A DNA stretch of 43,169 bases. Source: Nitriliruptorales bacterium. GTDB lineage: Bacteria > Actinomycetota > Nitriliruptoria > Nitriliruptorales > Nitriliruptoraceae. Every line of letters begins with the position of its first letter. The first letter of the stretch is position 1. Made by a program: the position numbers and the translations under genes. Positions 17,504 through 27,220 of this stretch are shown one piece after another. The stretch spans positions 1 to 43,169 of the forward strand of contig DASWKO010000007.1 in assembly GCA_036396595.1 (NCBI GenBank), given 5' to 3'. The notes below the pieces were generated by a model. The model saw only the letters and a program-made list of their open reading frames with translations, did no database searches and had not been told where the DNA came from.

Positions 17504-18625
17504 ATGGACCGGATCGGGGTGCTGCCCCGATCGGTGCGCGGCGTGCTCGTCCTGGTGCTGCTGTACCTGTTCCTGACCGGCATCGGCCTGCTCGAGGCCG
17601 GCATCAAGGGCCTGGGCAGCGACGTCCAGGAACGGTTGTTCGAGCAGGTCGCCAACCCGCTGTCCGGCCTGTTCGTCGGCGTGCTGGCCACGGTGCTCGT
17701 GCAGTCGTCGTCGGTCACGACCTCCACGATCGTCGGGCTGGTCGGCGCCGGGCTGATCTCGGTCGAGTCGGCCGTGCCCATGGTCATGGGTGCCAACATC
17801 GGGACCAGCGTCACCAACACGCTGGCCTCCGTCGGCTCGATCCGCCGTCCCGAGGAGTTCCGTCGCGCGGTCGCCGCGGCCACGGTGCACGACTTCTTCA
17901 ACGTCCTGGCGGTCGCGGTCCTGCTCCCGTTGGAGCTGGCCACCGGGGTCCTTGCACGAGTGGGAACCGCCATCACCGACGTGCTCGTCGGTCAGGCCGG
18001 CACCGCGTTCAAGTCGCCTGTCAAGGAGGCGGTCAAGGCTCCGGTCGAAGCGATCGAGGGGCTGTTCGGGGCGGGGTTCGGGACGGGCACGGCCCAGGGC
18101 ATCGTGCTGATCGTGCTGGGCCTGGGCCTGATCTTCGTCGGCCTGACGTTCATCACCACGACCATGAAGTCGTTGGTTGCCGATCAGCTCGAGGAGTCGC
18201 TCAACCGCGTGCTGCAGGCGGGCGGTGGCGTCGTGGCGTTGGGGGTCGGTCTGGTGATGACCGTTGCCGTCCAGTCGTCGTCGATCACGACGTCGGTGAT
18301 GGTCCCCATCGCGGCTGCCGGCATCCTGTCGTTGACGAACGTGTATCCGGTCACGCTCGGGGCCAACCTCGGCACGACGGTCACCGCGCTCATCGCGAGC
18401 CTGGCAACCAACCGTCCCGAGGCGTTGACGGTCGCGCTGGTCCACACCCTGTTCAACGCCGCCGGCATCACGATCTTCTACCCGCTGCGACCGATGCGGG
18501 CGATCCCGTTGCGTCTGGCCGAAGGTCTGGCCACGATCTGCGGCAGCAACCGATCGCTGCTCGCCGGCTACATCTTCGGGGCGTTCGTCGTCCTACCGCT
18601 CGCCGTCATCGCCATCCTCAGCTAG
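17504..18625 (+). CDS. Na/Pi cotransporter family protein
   Basis: Duplicated QSSSVTTS / QSSSITTS repeats and multiple TM segments. ATG at 17504; the rest of track ORF 16400-18625 is antisense to WS/DGAT. Confidence 0.85.
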   Translation: MDRIGVLPRSVRGVLVLVLLYLFLTGIGLLEAGIKGLGSDVQERLFEQVANPLSGLFVGVLATVLVQSSSVTTSTIVGLVGAGLISVESAVPMVMGANIGTSVTNTLASVGSIRRPEEFRRAVAAATVHDFFNVLAVAVLLPLELATGVLARVGTAITDVLVGQAGTAFKSPVKEAVKAPVEAIEGLFGAGFGTGTAQGIVLIVLGLGLIFVGLTFITTTMKSLVADQLEESLNRVLQAGGGVVALGVGLVMTVAVQSSSITTSVMVPIAAAGILSLTNVYPVTLGANLGTTVTALIASLATNRPEALTVALVHTLFNAAGITIFYPLRPMRAIPLRLAEGLATICGSNRSLLAGYIFGAFVVLPLAVIAILS

Positions 18626-18634
18626 GGGTCACAC

Positions 18635-19303
18635 ATGGTCCTCGAGGTCTTCCGCCAGTCCGACCGCCTCCAGAAGGTGTCGGACCAGATCACCCGGATG
18701 CTCAACGAGTCGCGCCACGTCTTCGACGAGGCGATGAGCGCCTTGCTCGCAGGGGCCGATCCGGCGGCGCTGGACGACGACATCCACGGCACCGACCGGC
18801 GCATCAACGCGCTCGAACAGGAGATCCGCCGCGAGCTGGTGATCCACACGAGCGTGCGCGGGACGGCTGACATCACGGCCGTCCTCATCCTTCTGATGGT
18901 CGGCCGCAAGATCGAACGCATGGGCGACAACGCCAAGAACATCTACGACATCGCGGCCCAGGGCATCGACCTGGCCGAGGCCCCGGACCACGCCGAGCTG
19001 GCGGGCTACCGCGACGAGGTGTCGCAGGCGATCACCAGGGCGGGCGAGGTGTTCAACTCAGGCGACGTCGAAGCGGCCCGCACGTTCGCGGAACGCATGG
19101 TGCAACTCCAGCGTGAGTTCGACCAGCACGTCGACACCTTGATCGTGTCCGACGCGCCCTCGACGCACGGCGTGCCGCGGGCGCTGCTGTACCGCTACCT
19201 CAAACGGATCGTCGCCAACCTCGAGGGGATGGCCTCGGCGGTGGCCAACCCCTTCGATCTGATCGACTACACGCCCGAGGGCGACGAGCAGGGCGAGACC
19301 TGA
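18635..19303 (+). CDS. PhoU-domain protein (partner of the Na/Pi cotransporter)
   Basis: PhoU-like helices with GRKIERMGDNAKNIYD and RYLKRIVANLEGMA; starts 9 nt after the transporter stop. Confidence 0.8.
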   Translation: MVLEVFRQSDRLQKVSDQITRMLNESRHVFDEAMSALLAGADPAALDDDIHGTDRRINALEQEIRRELVIHTSVRGTADITAVLILLMVGRKIERMGDNAKNIYDIAAQGIDLAEAPDHAELAGYRDEVSQAITRAGEVFNSGDVEAARTFAERMVQLQREFDQHVDTLIVSDAPSTHGVPRALLYRYLKRIVANLEGMASAVANPFDLIDYTPEGDEQGET

Positions 19304-19320
19304 CGGTCGCCCTGACCGTC
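19302..19320. terminator. Hairpin GACGGTC-GCCCT-GACCGTC in the 30-nt convergent gap (PhoU / MaoC)
   Basis: Perfect 7-bp stem overlapping the PhoU stop codon; no U-tail. Confidence 0.2.
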
Positions 19321-19333
19321 GCCCAGGCTGGCG

Positions 19334-19807
19334 TCAGTCCCCGTCCTGCTGCACGAAGAACAGCGCGAGCGTCTCGGCGATCATCGCCGGCTTGTCCTCG
19401 CCTTCGATCTCGATCGTGACCTCGTTCTTGACCAGGTACTGGCCGGCGCCCTTCTGGGTGACGTCGGAGAGCTTGACCCGGGCGCGGACCTGGCTGTCGA
19501 CCTTGATCGGCTGGAGGAAGCGCACGCGGTCCGAGCCGTAGTTCAGCGCCATCATCGTGCCCTCGGGCAACAGCGTGGCCTGCCCGCTGAGGTAGGGCAG
19601 CAGCGCGAGCGTCAGGTAGCCGTGTGCGATGGTCGATCCGAACGGCGTCGCCTTGGCGGCCTCGGGATCGACGTGGATGAACTGGTGGTCCTCGGTGGCG
19701 TCGGCGAACGCGTCGATGCGGTCCTGGTCGATCCGGAACCACTCCGAGACGCCGACCTCCTCGCCGATGTGGTCGCTGAGCTGGCTCGCGGGGACGGTCG
19801 TCGTCAT
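19334..19807 (-). CDS. MaoC-like (R)-hydratase hotdog-fold protein
   Basis: FADATEDHQFIHVDPEAAKATPFGSTIAHGYLTLALL. Confidence 0.85.
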   Translation of the reverse strand: MTTTVPASQLSDHIGEEVGVSEWFRIDQDRIDAFADATEDHQFIHVDPEAAKATPFGSTIAHGYLTLALLPYLSGQATLLPEGTMMALNYGSDRVRFLQPIKVDSQVRARVKLSDVTQKGAGQYLVKNEVTIEIEGEDKPAMIAETLALFFVQQDGD

Positions 19808-19898
19808 TGGATCCTCCGTGGTCAGGTGTGGGGGCGAGCGGTGTGCTGCGCCGTCGACGCGCAGTCTGGCAAGGCCGCGCGCGAAGCGCCCAGTCGGC

Positions 19899-21389
19899 TC
19901 AGCCGGGCAGCGGCGGGAGCGTCAGCGTCGGCGTGGGCGTCGGCGTCGGCGTCGGTGTGGGCGCGTCGTCCGGTGTCGGTTCGTCGGTCGGTTCATCGGT
20001 CGGTTCGTCGCTCGGCTCCTCCGACGGCTCGTCTGACGGGTCGGGGGTCGGCTCGCCCTGGGGAGGGTCACCGCGACCGAAGTCGGCGTCGCCGCCACGG
20101 GAGCGGTAGATCTCCAGTAGGGGCGCATTCGGGTCCGGCAGCTCGGCCGCGTGCCGGGGCGTGCACTCCCGGTCGGGTGGATCGAGCATCTCGACCTCGG
20201 CCTCGGGCACGGGCGTGGCCTCGGGCACGGGCGAGGGCGCAGGCTGGTCGCTGGCGGGTGGCTCGGTCGTGCCGTCGGCGCTCCCATCCTGGGTCGGTGG
20301 GCTGGTGGGGTCGCTCCCGGCCCCGTCGGGCGAGGGCTCGGCCTCAGGCGGCCAGGCCCGCAGCCGCCGGAAGATCGGTAGGGCGGCATCCTCGACCACC
20401 ACCTGTGCCGCCGCCCCGCTGATCCGGCGCCCGGTCGTCGGCAGCGTGTAGGCCTCGATGCCCCAAGGGCCGATGTCGGCGAAGGTACGCGCGAGGTCGG
20501 CGAGCTCGCGCACCCCCAGCCCCTCGTCCAGGAGCAGCCCGCGCTTGGCGGCCGACAGGAGTGATGGGATCTTGGTGATCAGGCCGGGTCCGCGGAGCTG
20601 TTCCCATGCAGCAGCCAGGAGCTGTCGCTGCCGCTTCATGCGCCCCACGTCGGACGCGCTGGCCTCCACCACCCACGCGCCCCCGCGCTGGGTCAGCGTG
20701 TGCCGTGAGCGCACGTACGCCAGGGCGTCGGACCCATCGAGCCGCCAGCAGCCGGCCCGGGGGACGTACAGGACCGAGTAGACGTCGGCCAGCGGCTTCT
20801 CGATCCGCAACGCGACGCCACCGATGTCGTCGACGAGCTGGCCGAAACCGGCGAAGTTCACCTGGACCACGTGGTGGATGGGTACGCCGACCAGCGTGGC
20901 GACGTCGTCGATGAAGGCCTGCAGCCCGTGGAGGTTGTAGCTGCCGTTGATCCGGTGGCCGCGCTCGAACAGCCACGTGTCGCGCGGGATCGACAGCAGC
21001 GCGGCCCGGTGGGTGGGTGGGTCGACGAACAGCAGCATCATCGTGTCGGTCAGCCCGTCGGCCCCGCGGCTGGCGAGGTCGTTGATGCGCAGGTCCCGGG
21101 CCTCGCTGTCGCTCATGCCCTTCGAGCCCACCGAGTAGACGAGGTAGATGCGCGTCGAGGCGCTCAGCGCGAGCGGCGCTCGGGGATCGTGGACCAGATC
21201 GCCCGACTCGCTGCCGAGCTCGAGGTCCGCCTCGAACCGGTCGGGCCCGAACACGCGCCACACGACGATCCCGGTCCCTGCGAGCAGGATCGAGGTCGCC
21301 ACGACGATCGCCACGATGCGCCAGCCACGCTGGCGCCAGCGCTCCGAGATCCACCGCACCCGTTGCACCCCTCGATCGGCCCGACTCAC
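19899..21389 (-). CDS. LCP (LytR-CpsA-Psr) family cell-envelope phosphotransferase with acidic Pro/Thr-rich C-terminal tail
   Basis: N-terminal TM segment. LCP core has TDTMMLLFVDP and LSIPRDTWL. Tail is PSDEPSEEPSDEPTDEPTDEPTPDDAPTPTPTPTPTPTLTLPPLPG. Confidence 0.85.
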   Translation of the reverse strand: MSRADRGVQRVRWISERWRQRGWRIVAIVVATSILLAGTGIVVWRVFGPDRFEADLELGSESGDLVHDPRAPLALSASTRIYLVYSVGSKGMSDSEARDLRINDLASRGADGLTDTMMLLFVDPPTHRAALLSIPRDTWLFERGHRINGSYNLHGLQAFIDDVATLVGVPIHHVVQVNFAGFGQLVDDIGGVALRIEKPLADVYSVLYVPRAGCWRLDGSDALAYVRSRHTLTQRGGAWVVEASASDVGRMKRQRQLLAAAWEQLRGPGLITKIPSLLSAAKRGLLLDEGLGVRELADLARTFADIGPWGIEAYTLPTTGRRISGAAAQVVVEDAALPIFRRLRAWPPEAEPSPDGAGSDPTSPPTQDGSADGTTEPPASDQPAPSPVPEATPVPEAEVEMLDPPDRECTPRHAAELPDPNAPLLEIYRSRGGDADFGRGDPPQGEPTPDPSDEPSEEPSDEPTDEPTDEPTPDDAPTPTPTPTPTPTLTLPPLPG

Positions 21390-21472
21390 GCGGTCCTGGG
21401 TCGCGCCTGGGACGTCGGGCCGGCGCTGGGAGTGTAAGCGGTCCGGTCAGCGGCTCGACCCGGCAGCCGACG

Positions 21473-22681
21473 TTGCGCTTCGCACGTGCTTGGTCGCCCT
21501 ACCCTGGGAGCATGATCAACGGTTACGTGCACCCCCACTTCGCCCCGCTGGCGGTCCGGTTCGACAAGCTCTTCGGCAAGCCCAAGGACGGCGGCGGCAG
21601 CATCAGCGCCTACCTCAACGGTGAGCTCGTGCTCGACGTGTGGACCGGGTACGCCGACCCGCAGACGCGCCGGCCGTGGGAGCGTGACACGATGGCGTTG
21701 AGCTTCTCGACCACCAAGGGCGTGATCAGCACGCTGCTGCACCGGTTGGTCGAGCAGGGTCTGCTGACGTGGGACGATCGTGTGGCCGACCACTGGCCGG
21801 ATTTCGCCGCCGCGGGCAAGGAGGGCGTGACCATCCGCCACGTGCTGACGCACACCGCGGGCCTGCACGCCGTGCGCCCGCTGGTGTCGGAGGTCGAGGA
21901 GCTGCTCGACCACCGCCACATGGCGACGCTGCTGGCCAAGGCCGCTCCGCGGCCCGAGCCGGGCGCGGCGCCCGGGTACCACGGGCTCACCTACGGCTGG
22001 CTGGTGGCCGGGTTGATCGAGCACGTCACGGGGCGCGACGTGCGTGACGTGCTGCGCGAGGACCTGGCCGAGCCGATGGAGCTCGACGGGCTGTTCTTCG
22101 GGGCGCCGGAGGACCAGCGGGGTCGGCTGGCCCGGCTGTTCCCCGGCGTGACCCCTGCTGGGCTGGCGATCGAGCGGCTCGCTCTTCGGGCCGAGCGCTT
22201 CGACCGCACGCGGAGTCTGGTGGAGGCACTGCTGGTCGACGGCTTCGAGAAGATCGTGTTCGACCCGTCGAACCGCATCTACGACGCAGCCATGCCCGCA
22301 GTCAACGGCGTGTTCACGGCCCGCTCGCTGGCCAAGCTCTACGGTGCGCTGGCCAACCGCGGGCAGGTCGGGGGCCTGCGCCTCCTGCAGCCAGAGACCG
22401 TGACCGAGATCGGTCGCGTCCAGCGCCGCGAGCGTGACTACGTGCTGGGGCTGCCGATGCGCTGGCGGCTCGGTTACCACCAGGCGTTCACGCTCGGCCG
22501 GCGGCAGAACTACGCGTTCGGACACTTCGGCTACGGCGGTTCGGGGGCATGGGCCGACCCCCGGACCGGACTGTCGCTCGCGTTCGTCACCAACCGGCTC
22601 GGCAACGCCACCACCCCCGTCGGCGACGGCCGCCTCGTCCGCCTCGGCGGCCAGGCCATCAAGCTGGCGCGTGGCACGTGA
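21473..22681 (+). CDS. Serine hydrolase, beta-lactamase/esterase (class C-like) family
   Basis: SxxK motif FSTTKGV; YHGLTYGW; C-terminal HFGYGGSGAWADP. Alternative start ATG at 21512. Confidence 0.8.
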   Translation: MRFARAWSPYPGSMINGYVHPHFAPLAVRFDKLFGKPKDGGGSISAYLNGELVLDVWTGYADPQTRRPWERDTMALSFSTTKGVISTLLHRLVEQGLLTWDDRVADHWPDFAAAGKEGVTIRHVLTHTAGLHAVRPLVSEVEELLDHRHMATLLAKAAPRPEPGAAPGYHGLTYGWLVAGLIEHVTGRDVRDVLREDLAEPMELDGLFFGAPEDQRGRLARLFPGVTPAGLAIERLALRAERFDRTRSLVEALLVDGFEKIVFDPSNRIYDAAMPAVNGVFTARSLAKLYGALANRGQVGGLRLLQPETVTEIGRVQRRERDYVLGLPMRWRLGYHQAFTLGRRQNYAFGHFGYGGSGAWADPRTGLSLAFVTNRLGNATTPVGDGRLVRLGGQAIKLARGT

Positions 22682-24423
22682 GCCAGTCCACCGTGCCGAG
22701 CGATGGCGCGATCGTCATCCCCGAGGCGACCGCGACCGCGTCCGCCACCGCCGCTCAGCTCGACGCGCTGATCGAGGCGCTGGCCGCGAGGAAGGACGCG
22801 TGGGTGCAGGTCGACCTCGACCGGCGCACCGACCTGCTGGATCGCATGATCGATGACACGGTGGCGGTGGCCGAGGAGTGGGCGGTGGTTGCCGCCCGGG
22901 CCAAGGGCATCGCGGCCCGGACCCCGGCCGACGGCGAGGACATGGCGACCGGTCCACTGATGCTGATCCGCCAGCTCAAGCTGCTGCGGAACACCTTGCG
23001 GGATCTGGTCGAGCACGGCGAGGTGCAGCTCCCCGGCGAGCCGTACGAACGGTGGGACGGCCAGGTGGCGGTACCCGTGATGCCGGCGTCGACCCTCGAA
23101 CGCGCGATGTTCGTAGGCATGTCGGCCGAGGTGCTGCTGCGGCCGCACGTGACGCTGGAGACGATGCAGGTCGGTGGGCCGTACCGTGACAAGCAGCCGG
23201 GCCGCGTCTGCTTCGTGCTCGGTGCCGGCAACATCAGCTCGATCGGGGCCAGCGACTGCCTCCACAAGCTGTTCGCCGAGGACCAGGTCTGCATCCTCAA
23301 GATGAACCCGGTCAACGAGCACGTGGGTCCGTACATCGAGCACGCACTGTCCGCGTTGATCGATGCCGGGTACCTGGCGGTGGTGTACGGGGGTGCGGAT
23401 GTCGGCTCGCACCTGGCAGGGCACGAGCTGGTGGACACGCTGCACATGACCGGCTCGGACAAGACCCACGACGCGATCGTGTACGGCGTGGGCGCGGAGG
23501 GTGCCAGGCGCAAGGCGGCCGACGATCCGGTCGTGGACAAGCCGTTCACCAGCGAGCTCGGCAACGTCACGCCGATCGTCGTCGTGCCCGGCCCGTGGTC
23601 CGACGTGGACATCGAGTACCAGGCCAAGCACATCGTCTCGATGGTCGTGAACAACGCGGGCTTCAACTGCGGCTGCCCGCGCGTGGTCGTCACGCACCGG
23701 GCCTGGGCCAGACGTGAACAGCTCCTCGACGCGATCCGCAGGTGCCTGGCCGAGGCGCCGCCGCGCGACCCCTACTACCCGGGCGCCAAGGACCGCTGGC
23801 AGGTGTTCCTCGACGCGCACCCCGATGCCGAGACGTTCGGGCCCGACGGCGCCGCCGCACTGCCGTGGACGTTCCTGACGGGTCTGAACCCTCAGAAGGT
23901 CGACGATGTCGCGTTCCGGGTCGAGGCGTTCAACGGAGTCTTCGGCGAGGTCGCGCTCGACGCCGAGCGCGACGTCAGCGGCTTCCTCGTCGAGGCGACC
24001 GAGTTCTGCAACGAGATCCTGTGGGGCACCCTCACGGCCACCATCCTGGTCCACCCGAGGTCCCAGAAGGACCCTCAGGTCGCGGCGGCGCTGGACCGCG
24101 CGCTGTCGGACCTGCGCTACGGCGCGATCGGCGTGAACACCTGGGGCGCGGTGAGCTACGGGGTGATCTCGACCACGTGGGGGGCGTTCCCCGGCCATCC
24201 GCGCAACGACATCCAGTCGGGTCAGGGCGTCGTGCACAACACGTTCCTGCTGGAGGACCCGGAGAAGACGATCGTGCGCTCGGCCTGGCGGCTCGGCAAG
24301 AAGCCGGCGATGTCCTACGACTTCGCCACGTTCCCGCAGTTGATCCGACGGATGATCCCGCTCGAGGCCTACGACGACTGGAAGCAGCTCCCGGGCATCG
24401 TGCTGGACGGCATGAGGGCCTGA
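22678..24423 (+). CDS. Aldehyde dehydrogenase superfamily protein (long, about 580 aa)
   Basis: TSELGNVTPIVV (catalytic Glu region) and NNAGFNCGCPRVVV (Cys region). GTG start overlaps the upstream stop (GTGA). The upstream part of track ORF 22549 is trimmed. Confidence 0.75.
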   Translation: MSQSTVPSDGAIVIPEATATASATAAQLDALIEALAARKDAWVQVDLDRRTDLLDRMIDDTVAVAEEWAVVAARAKGIAARTPADGEDMATGPLMLIRQLKLLRNTLRDLVEHGEVQLPGEPYERWDGQVAVPVMPASTLERAMFVGMSAEVLLRPHVTLETMQVGGPYRDKQPGRVCFVLGAGNISSIGASDCLHKLFAEDQVCILKMNPVNEHVGPYIEHALSALIDAGYLAVVYGGADVGSHLAGHELVDTLHMTGSDKTHDAIVYGVGAEGARRKAADDPVVDKPFTSELGNVTPIVVVPGPWSDVDIEYQAKHIVSMVVNNAGFNCGCPRVVVTHRAWARREQLLDAIRRCLAEAPPRDPYYPGAKDRWQVFLDAHPDAETFGPDGAAALPWTFLTGLNPQKVDDVAFRVEAFNGVFGEVALDAERDVSGFLVEATEFCNEILWGTLTATILVHPRSQKDPQVAAALDRALSDLRYGAIGVNTWGAVSYGVISTTWGAFPGHPRNDIQSGQGVVHNTFLLEDPEKTIVRSAWRLGKKPAMSYDFATFPQLIRRMIPLEAYDDWKQLPGIVLDGMRA

Positions 24424-24482
24424 GCCTCGGACGCCGCGCGCTGCATCCGGATGTCCACGGGCCGGTACCGTGGTCGTTCGAG

Positions 24483-25436
24483 GTGGTGGAGGACGGCGAC
24501 ACGTTGACGGTGGTCACGGTTTCGGGCGTCTCGCGTCGCTTCGGTCCGGTCGAGGCGCTGCGTGACGTCACGCTCGAGGTGCCCAGCGGTCAGGTGACCG
24601 GGCTGCTGGGCCACAACGGCGCCGGCAAGACCACGCTGGTCCGGGTGCTCACCGGGCTACTGCGGCCAGACAGGGGCAGCGTGTCGGTGCTGGGCCTGGA
24701 TCCCGTGGCCGACGGGCGCGAGCTGCGCCACCGCGTCGGCGTGCTGGGCGAGACGCCGGGCCTCGACGAGCTGTTGAGCGTCCGGGAGAACCTCGAGGTC
24801 GCGGCCCTCCTGGTCGGCATCCCCCGGAGCGATGTCGGTAGGCGGATCGAAGATGTACTCGAACAGCTCGGCATGGCCGAGCACACCGACCGCCGGATCC
24901 GGGGTCTGTCCGCGGGATTGCGGCAGCGCGTCGCGCTGGCGCGCGCGATCATCCACGACCCCGAGCTGCTGTTCCTCGACGAACCGGCCACCAACATGGA
25001 TCCGGTCGCCTCGCTGGGCGTGCGGACCCTGATGCGCCGTTGGGCTCACGAACTCGGGCGCACCGTCGTGGTGTGCACCCACGATCTGCGCGAGGTGGCT
25101 CAGACCTGCGACCGCGTGGCCATCCTCGAGCACGGCCGGGTGCTGGCCATGGGCAGTCCGAACGAACTCGTGCTGCAGGTGGCGGTGCGCCCCGGTGTCC
25201 GCATCGCGGTGGGCGCCGGGGCCATCGACGCGGCGCGCGACGTGGTCACCGCGAGCGGCCACGAGTGCACCACACTGGACGGCACCGTGACCGTCGAGGA
25301 CGTCGAACCGGATGAGGTGCCGGCGCTGGTCGCCCGGCTGGTGGGTGCCCGCGTCCCCGTGCGGGCCGTCATCCCGTCCGGTCCCACGCTGGAGGACGCC
25401 TACGTTGCCCTGCACGCGCGGGAGTTCGCCCCGTGA
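24483..25436 (+). CDS. ABC transporter ATP-binding protein
   Basis: Walker A GHNGAGKTT, signature LSAGLRQR, Walker B LLFLDEP. Start is uncertain (GTG 24483/24486, TTG 24504). Confidence 0.85.
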   Translation: MVEDGDTLTVVTVSGVSRRFGPVEALRDVTLEVPSGQVTGLLGHNGAGKTTLVRVLTGLLRPDRGSVSVLGLDPVADGRELRHRVGVLGETPGLDELLSVRENLEVAALLVGIPRSDVGRRIEDVLEQLGMAEHTDRRIRGLSAGLRQRVALARAIIHDPELLFLDEPATNMDPVASLGVRTLMRRWAHELGRTVVVCTHDLREVAQTCDRVAILEHGRVLAMGSPNELVLQVAVRPGVRIAVGAGAIDAARDVVTASGHECTTLDGTVTVEDVEPDEVPALVARLVGARVPVRAVIPSGPTLEDAYVALHAREFAP

Positions 25437-26281
25437 ACTGGTCCAGCATCGCCATCCTGGTCCGCAAGGACGTGCTGAAGGTGATCCGCAACCCGGGCGT
25501 GCGGATCCCGTTGCTGGCCGCCCCGGCGGTGATCCTCATCGCACTGCCGGCACTGCTGGTGCTTGGCGGCGCCGGGCTGGCGGCGTCGACGCCGATCCCG
25601 CTCGATGCCCAGACCGTGTTCGAGGGCCTGCGCGAGAACACCCTCGGGGGCACCGTCACGACCGGTGGGGGCGGAGGGGCCGCGGTCCGTCTGTCGGGGG
25701 AGGCCCGCTGGACGTTGTACGTGCTGGAGTTCTTCCTGGCGCCGCTGTACCTGCTGATCCCGTTGATCGTGGCGACCGTGATCGCCGCCGACAGCTTCGC
25801 CGGGGAGCGTGAGCGCCGGACGCTGGAGACCCTGTTGCAGACGCCCACGACCGACTCGGAGCTGCTGGTGGCCAAGATCGTCTCGGCGTGGCTGCCGGCG
25901 CTGGTGGTGTCGCTGGGCGGGTTCGTTGCGTACGGGGTCCTGGCCAACCTGCTGGCGTGGCCGTACCTGGGGACGTGGTTCTTCCCCACCCCGATGTGGC
26001 TCGTGCTCGCACTGTGGGTGTCCCCCGCGCTGGCGGCGGTCGGTCTGGGCCTGATGGTGTATGTGTCGAGCCGGGTCAACAGCCTCCAGGCAGCCCACCA
26101 GCTCGGGTCGCTCGTGGTGCTGCCCATCGTCGTGCTCGTGATCGCGCAGGTGACCGGCGCGGCCCTGCTCGACGTCGGGTTGGTGGTCGCCATGGGTTCG
26201 GTGCTGTGGCTCCTGGCCGCCCTCCTGCTGGCCGTCGCCACCCGCGTCTTCACGCGCGACCAGCTCGCCGCCAAGCTGTAG
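25433..26281 (+). CDS. ABC-2 type transporter permease
   Basis: Six or so TM segments and FAGERERRTLETLL motif typical of ABC-2/NatB-like permeases. GTG start overlaps the ATPase stop. Confidence 0.75.
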   Translation: MNWSSIAILVRKDVLKVIRNPGVRIPLLAAPAVILIALPALLVLGGAGLAASTPIPLDAQTVFEGLRENTLGGTVTTGGGGGAAVRLSGEARWTLYVLEFFLAPLYLLIPLIVATVIAADSFAGERERRTLETLLQTPTTDSELLVAKIVSAWLPALVVSLGGFVAYGVLANLLAWPYLGTWFFPTPMWLVLALWVSPALAAVGLGLMVYVSSRVNSLQAAHQLGSLVVLPIVVLVIAQVTGAALLDVGLVVAMGSVLWLLAALLLAVATRVFTRDQLAAKL

Positions 26282-26328
26282 AGCCGCCTGCCCCGTACCC
26301 TCCCCGCGACCCCGGACGCGGACCGCCC

Positions 26329-27213
26329 GTGCAACACCTCGAAGATGACGTGACGCTGGATGATGCCGTCGTTGCATACGGCGGTGACCTGGCCGAAGAT
26401 CACCCCGGCTTCACGGACGCTGCTTACCGAGCCCGTCGCGCGGCCATCGGACGGCTCGCCGAGGGGTATGAGCTCGGCGACCCGGTCCGCGAGGTGCCCT
26501 ACGCAGCCGAGGAGCACGCGGTCTGGGCGACGGTCCTGCCGGCGCTGCGCCGGCTGCACGAGCGGCACGCGCCGAGCATCGTGGTCCAGGCAGGCGAGGC
26601 CCTCACGCTGCCCACCGACCGCGTACCGCAGCTCGACGAGGTGTCCGAGCTGCTGGCCGACCTCTCCGGCTTCCGTTACGCGCCCGTTCCCGGCTTGCTG
26701 GAGCCCCGCGCGTTCTACGGCTCGCTGGGTGACCGCACGTTCCGGTCCACCCAGTACATCCGGCACGCCAGCCAGCCGTTCTACACGCCCGAGCCCGACG
26801 TGATCCACGAGGTCGTGGGGCACGGCACGCACCTGGCCACGCCCCGCTTCGCTGAGCTGTACCGCCAGGTCGGAGCGGCGGCCCGGCGCACGACCGAGGA
26901 CCAGGCTCTGCAGTTCCTTTCGCGCGTGTTCTGGTACACGGTCGAGTTCGGCGTGGTGCGCGAGGGTGGCCAGATCAAGGCGTACGGGGCGGGTCTGCTG
27001 AGCTCGGTGGGAGAGCTGCAGACCTTCGCGCGGGAGGCCGAGATGTGCGCGCTGGATCTTCTCGCCATGGGGACGTCGTCCTACGACATCGCCACGTTCC
27101 AGCCCGTGCTGTACGCGGCCGACTCGGTCGAGCACCTGTTCGACACGTTGGGCACGTTCCTCGAGCGGTTCGACGACGATCACCACGCCCGCCTGGTGAC
27201 CCAGGCAGCGTGA
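26329..27213 (+). CDS. phhA: Phenylalanine 4-monooxygenase (aromatic amino acid hydroxylase)
   Basis: Iron ligand region PEPDVIHEVVGHGTHL and FWYTVEFGV; KAYGAGLLSSVGEL. GTG start at 26329 is tentative. Confidence 0.85.
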   Translation: MQHLEDDVTLDDAVVAYGGDLAEDHPGFTDAAYRARRAAIGRLAEGYELGDPVREVPYAAEEHAVWATVLPALRRLHERHAPSIVVQAGEALTLPTDRVPQLDEVSELLADLSGFRYAPVPGLLEPRAFYGSLGDRTFRSTQYIRHASQPFYTPEPDVIHEVVGHGTHLATPRFAELYRQVGAAARRTTEDQALQFLSRVFWYTVEFGVVREGGQIKAYGAGLLSSVGELQTFAREAEMCALDLLAMGTSSYDIATFQPVLYAADSVEHLFDTLGTFLERFDDDHHARLVTQAA

Positions 27214-27220
27214 CCGTCAG

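Noticed and set aside
22531-24237. 568-aa minus-strand ORF; similar long antisense ORFs exist at 10435-12057, 25369-27186 and 7049-8545
   Set aside because: All lie opposite genes with strong family motifs (ALDH, aminotransferase, ABC permease/phenylalanine hydroxylase, GT4). All have Arg/Pro/Gly-dominated translations without motifs.
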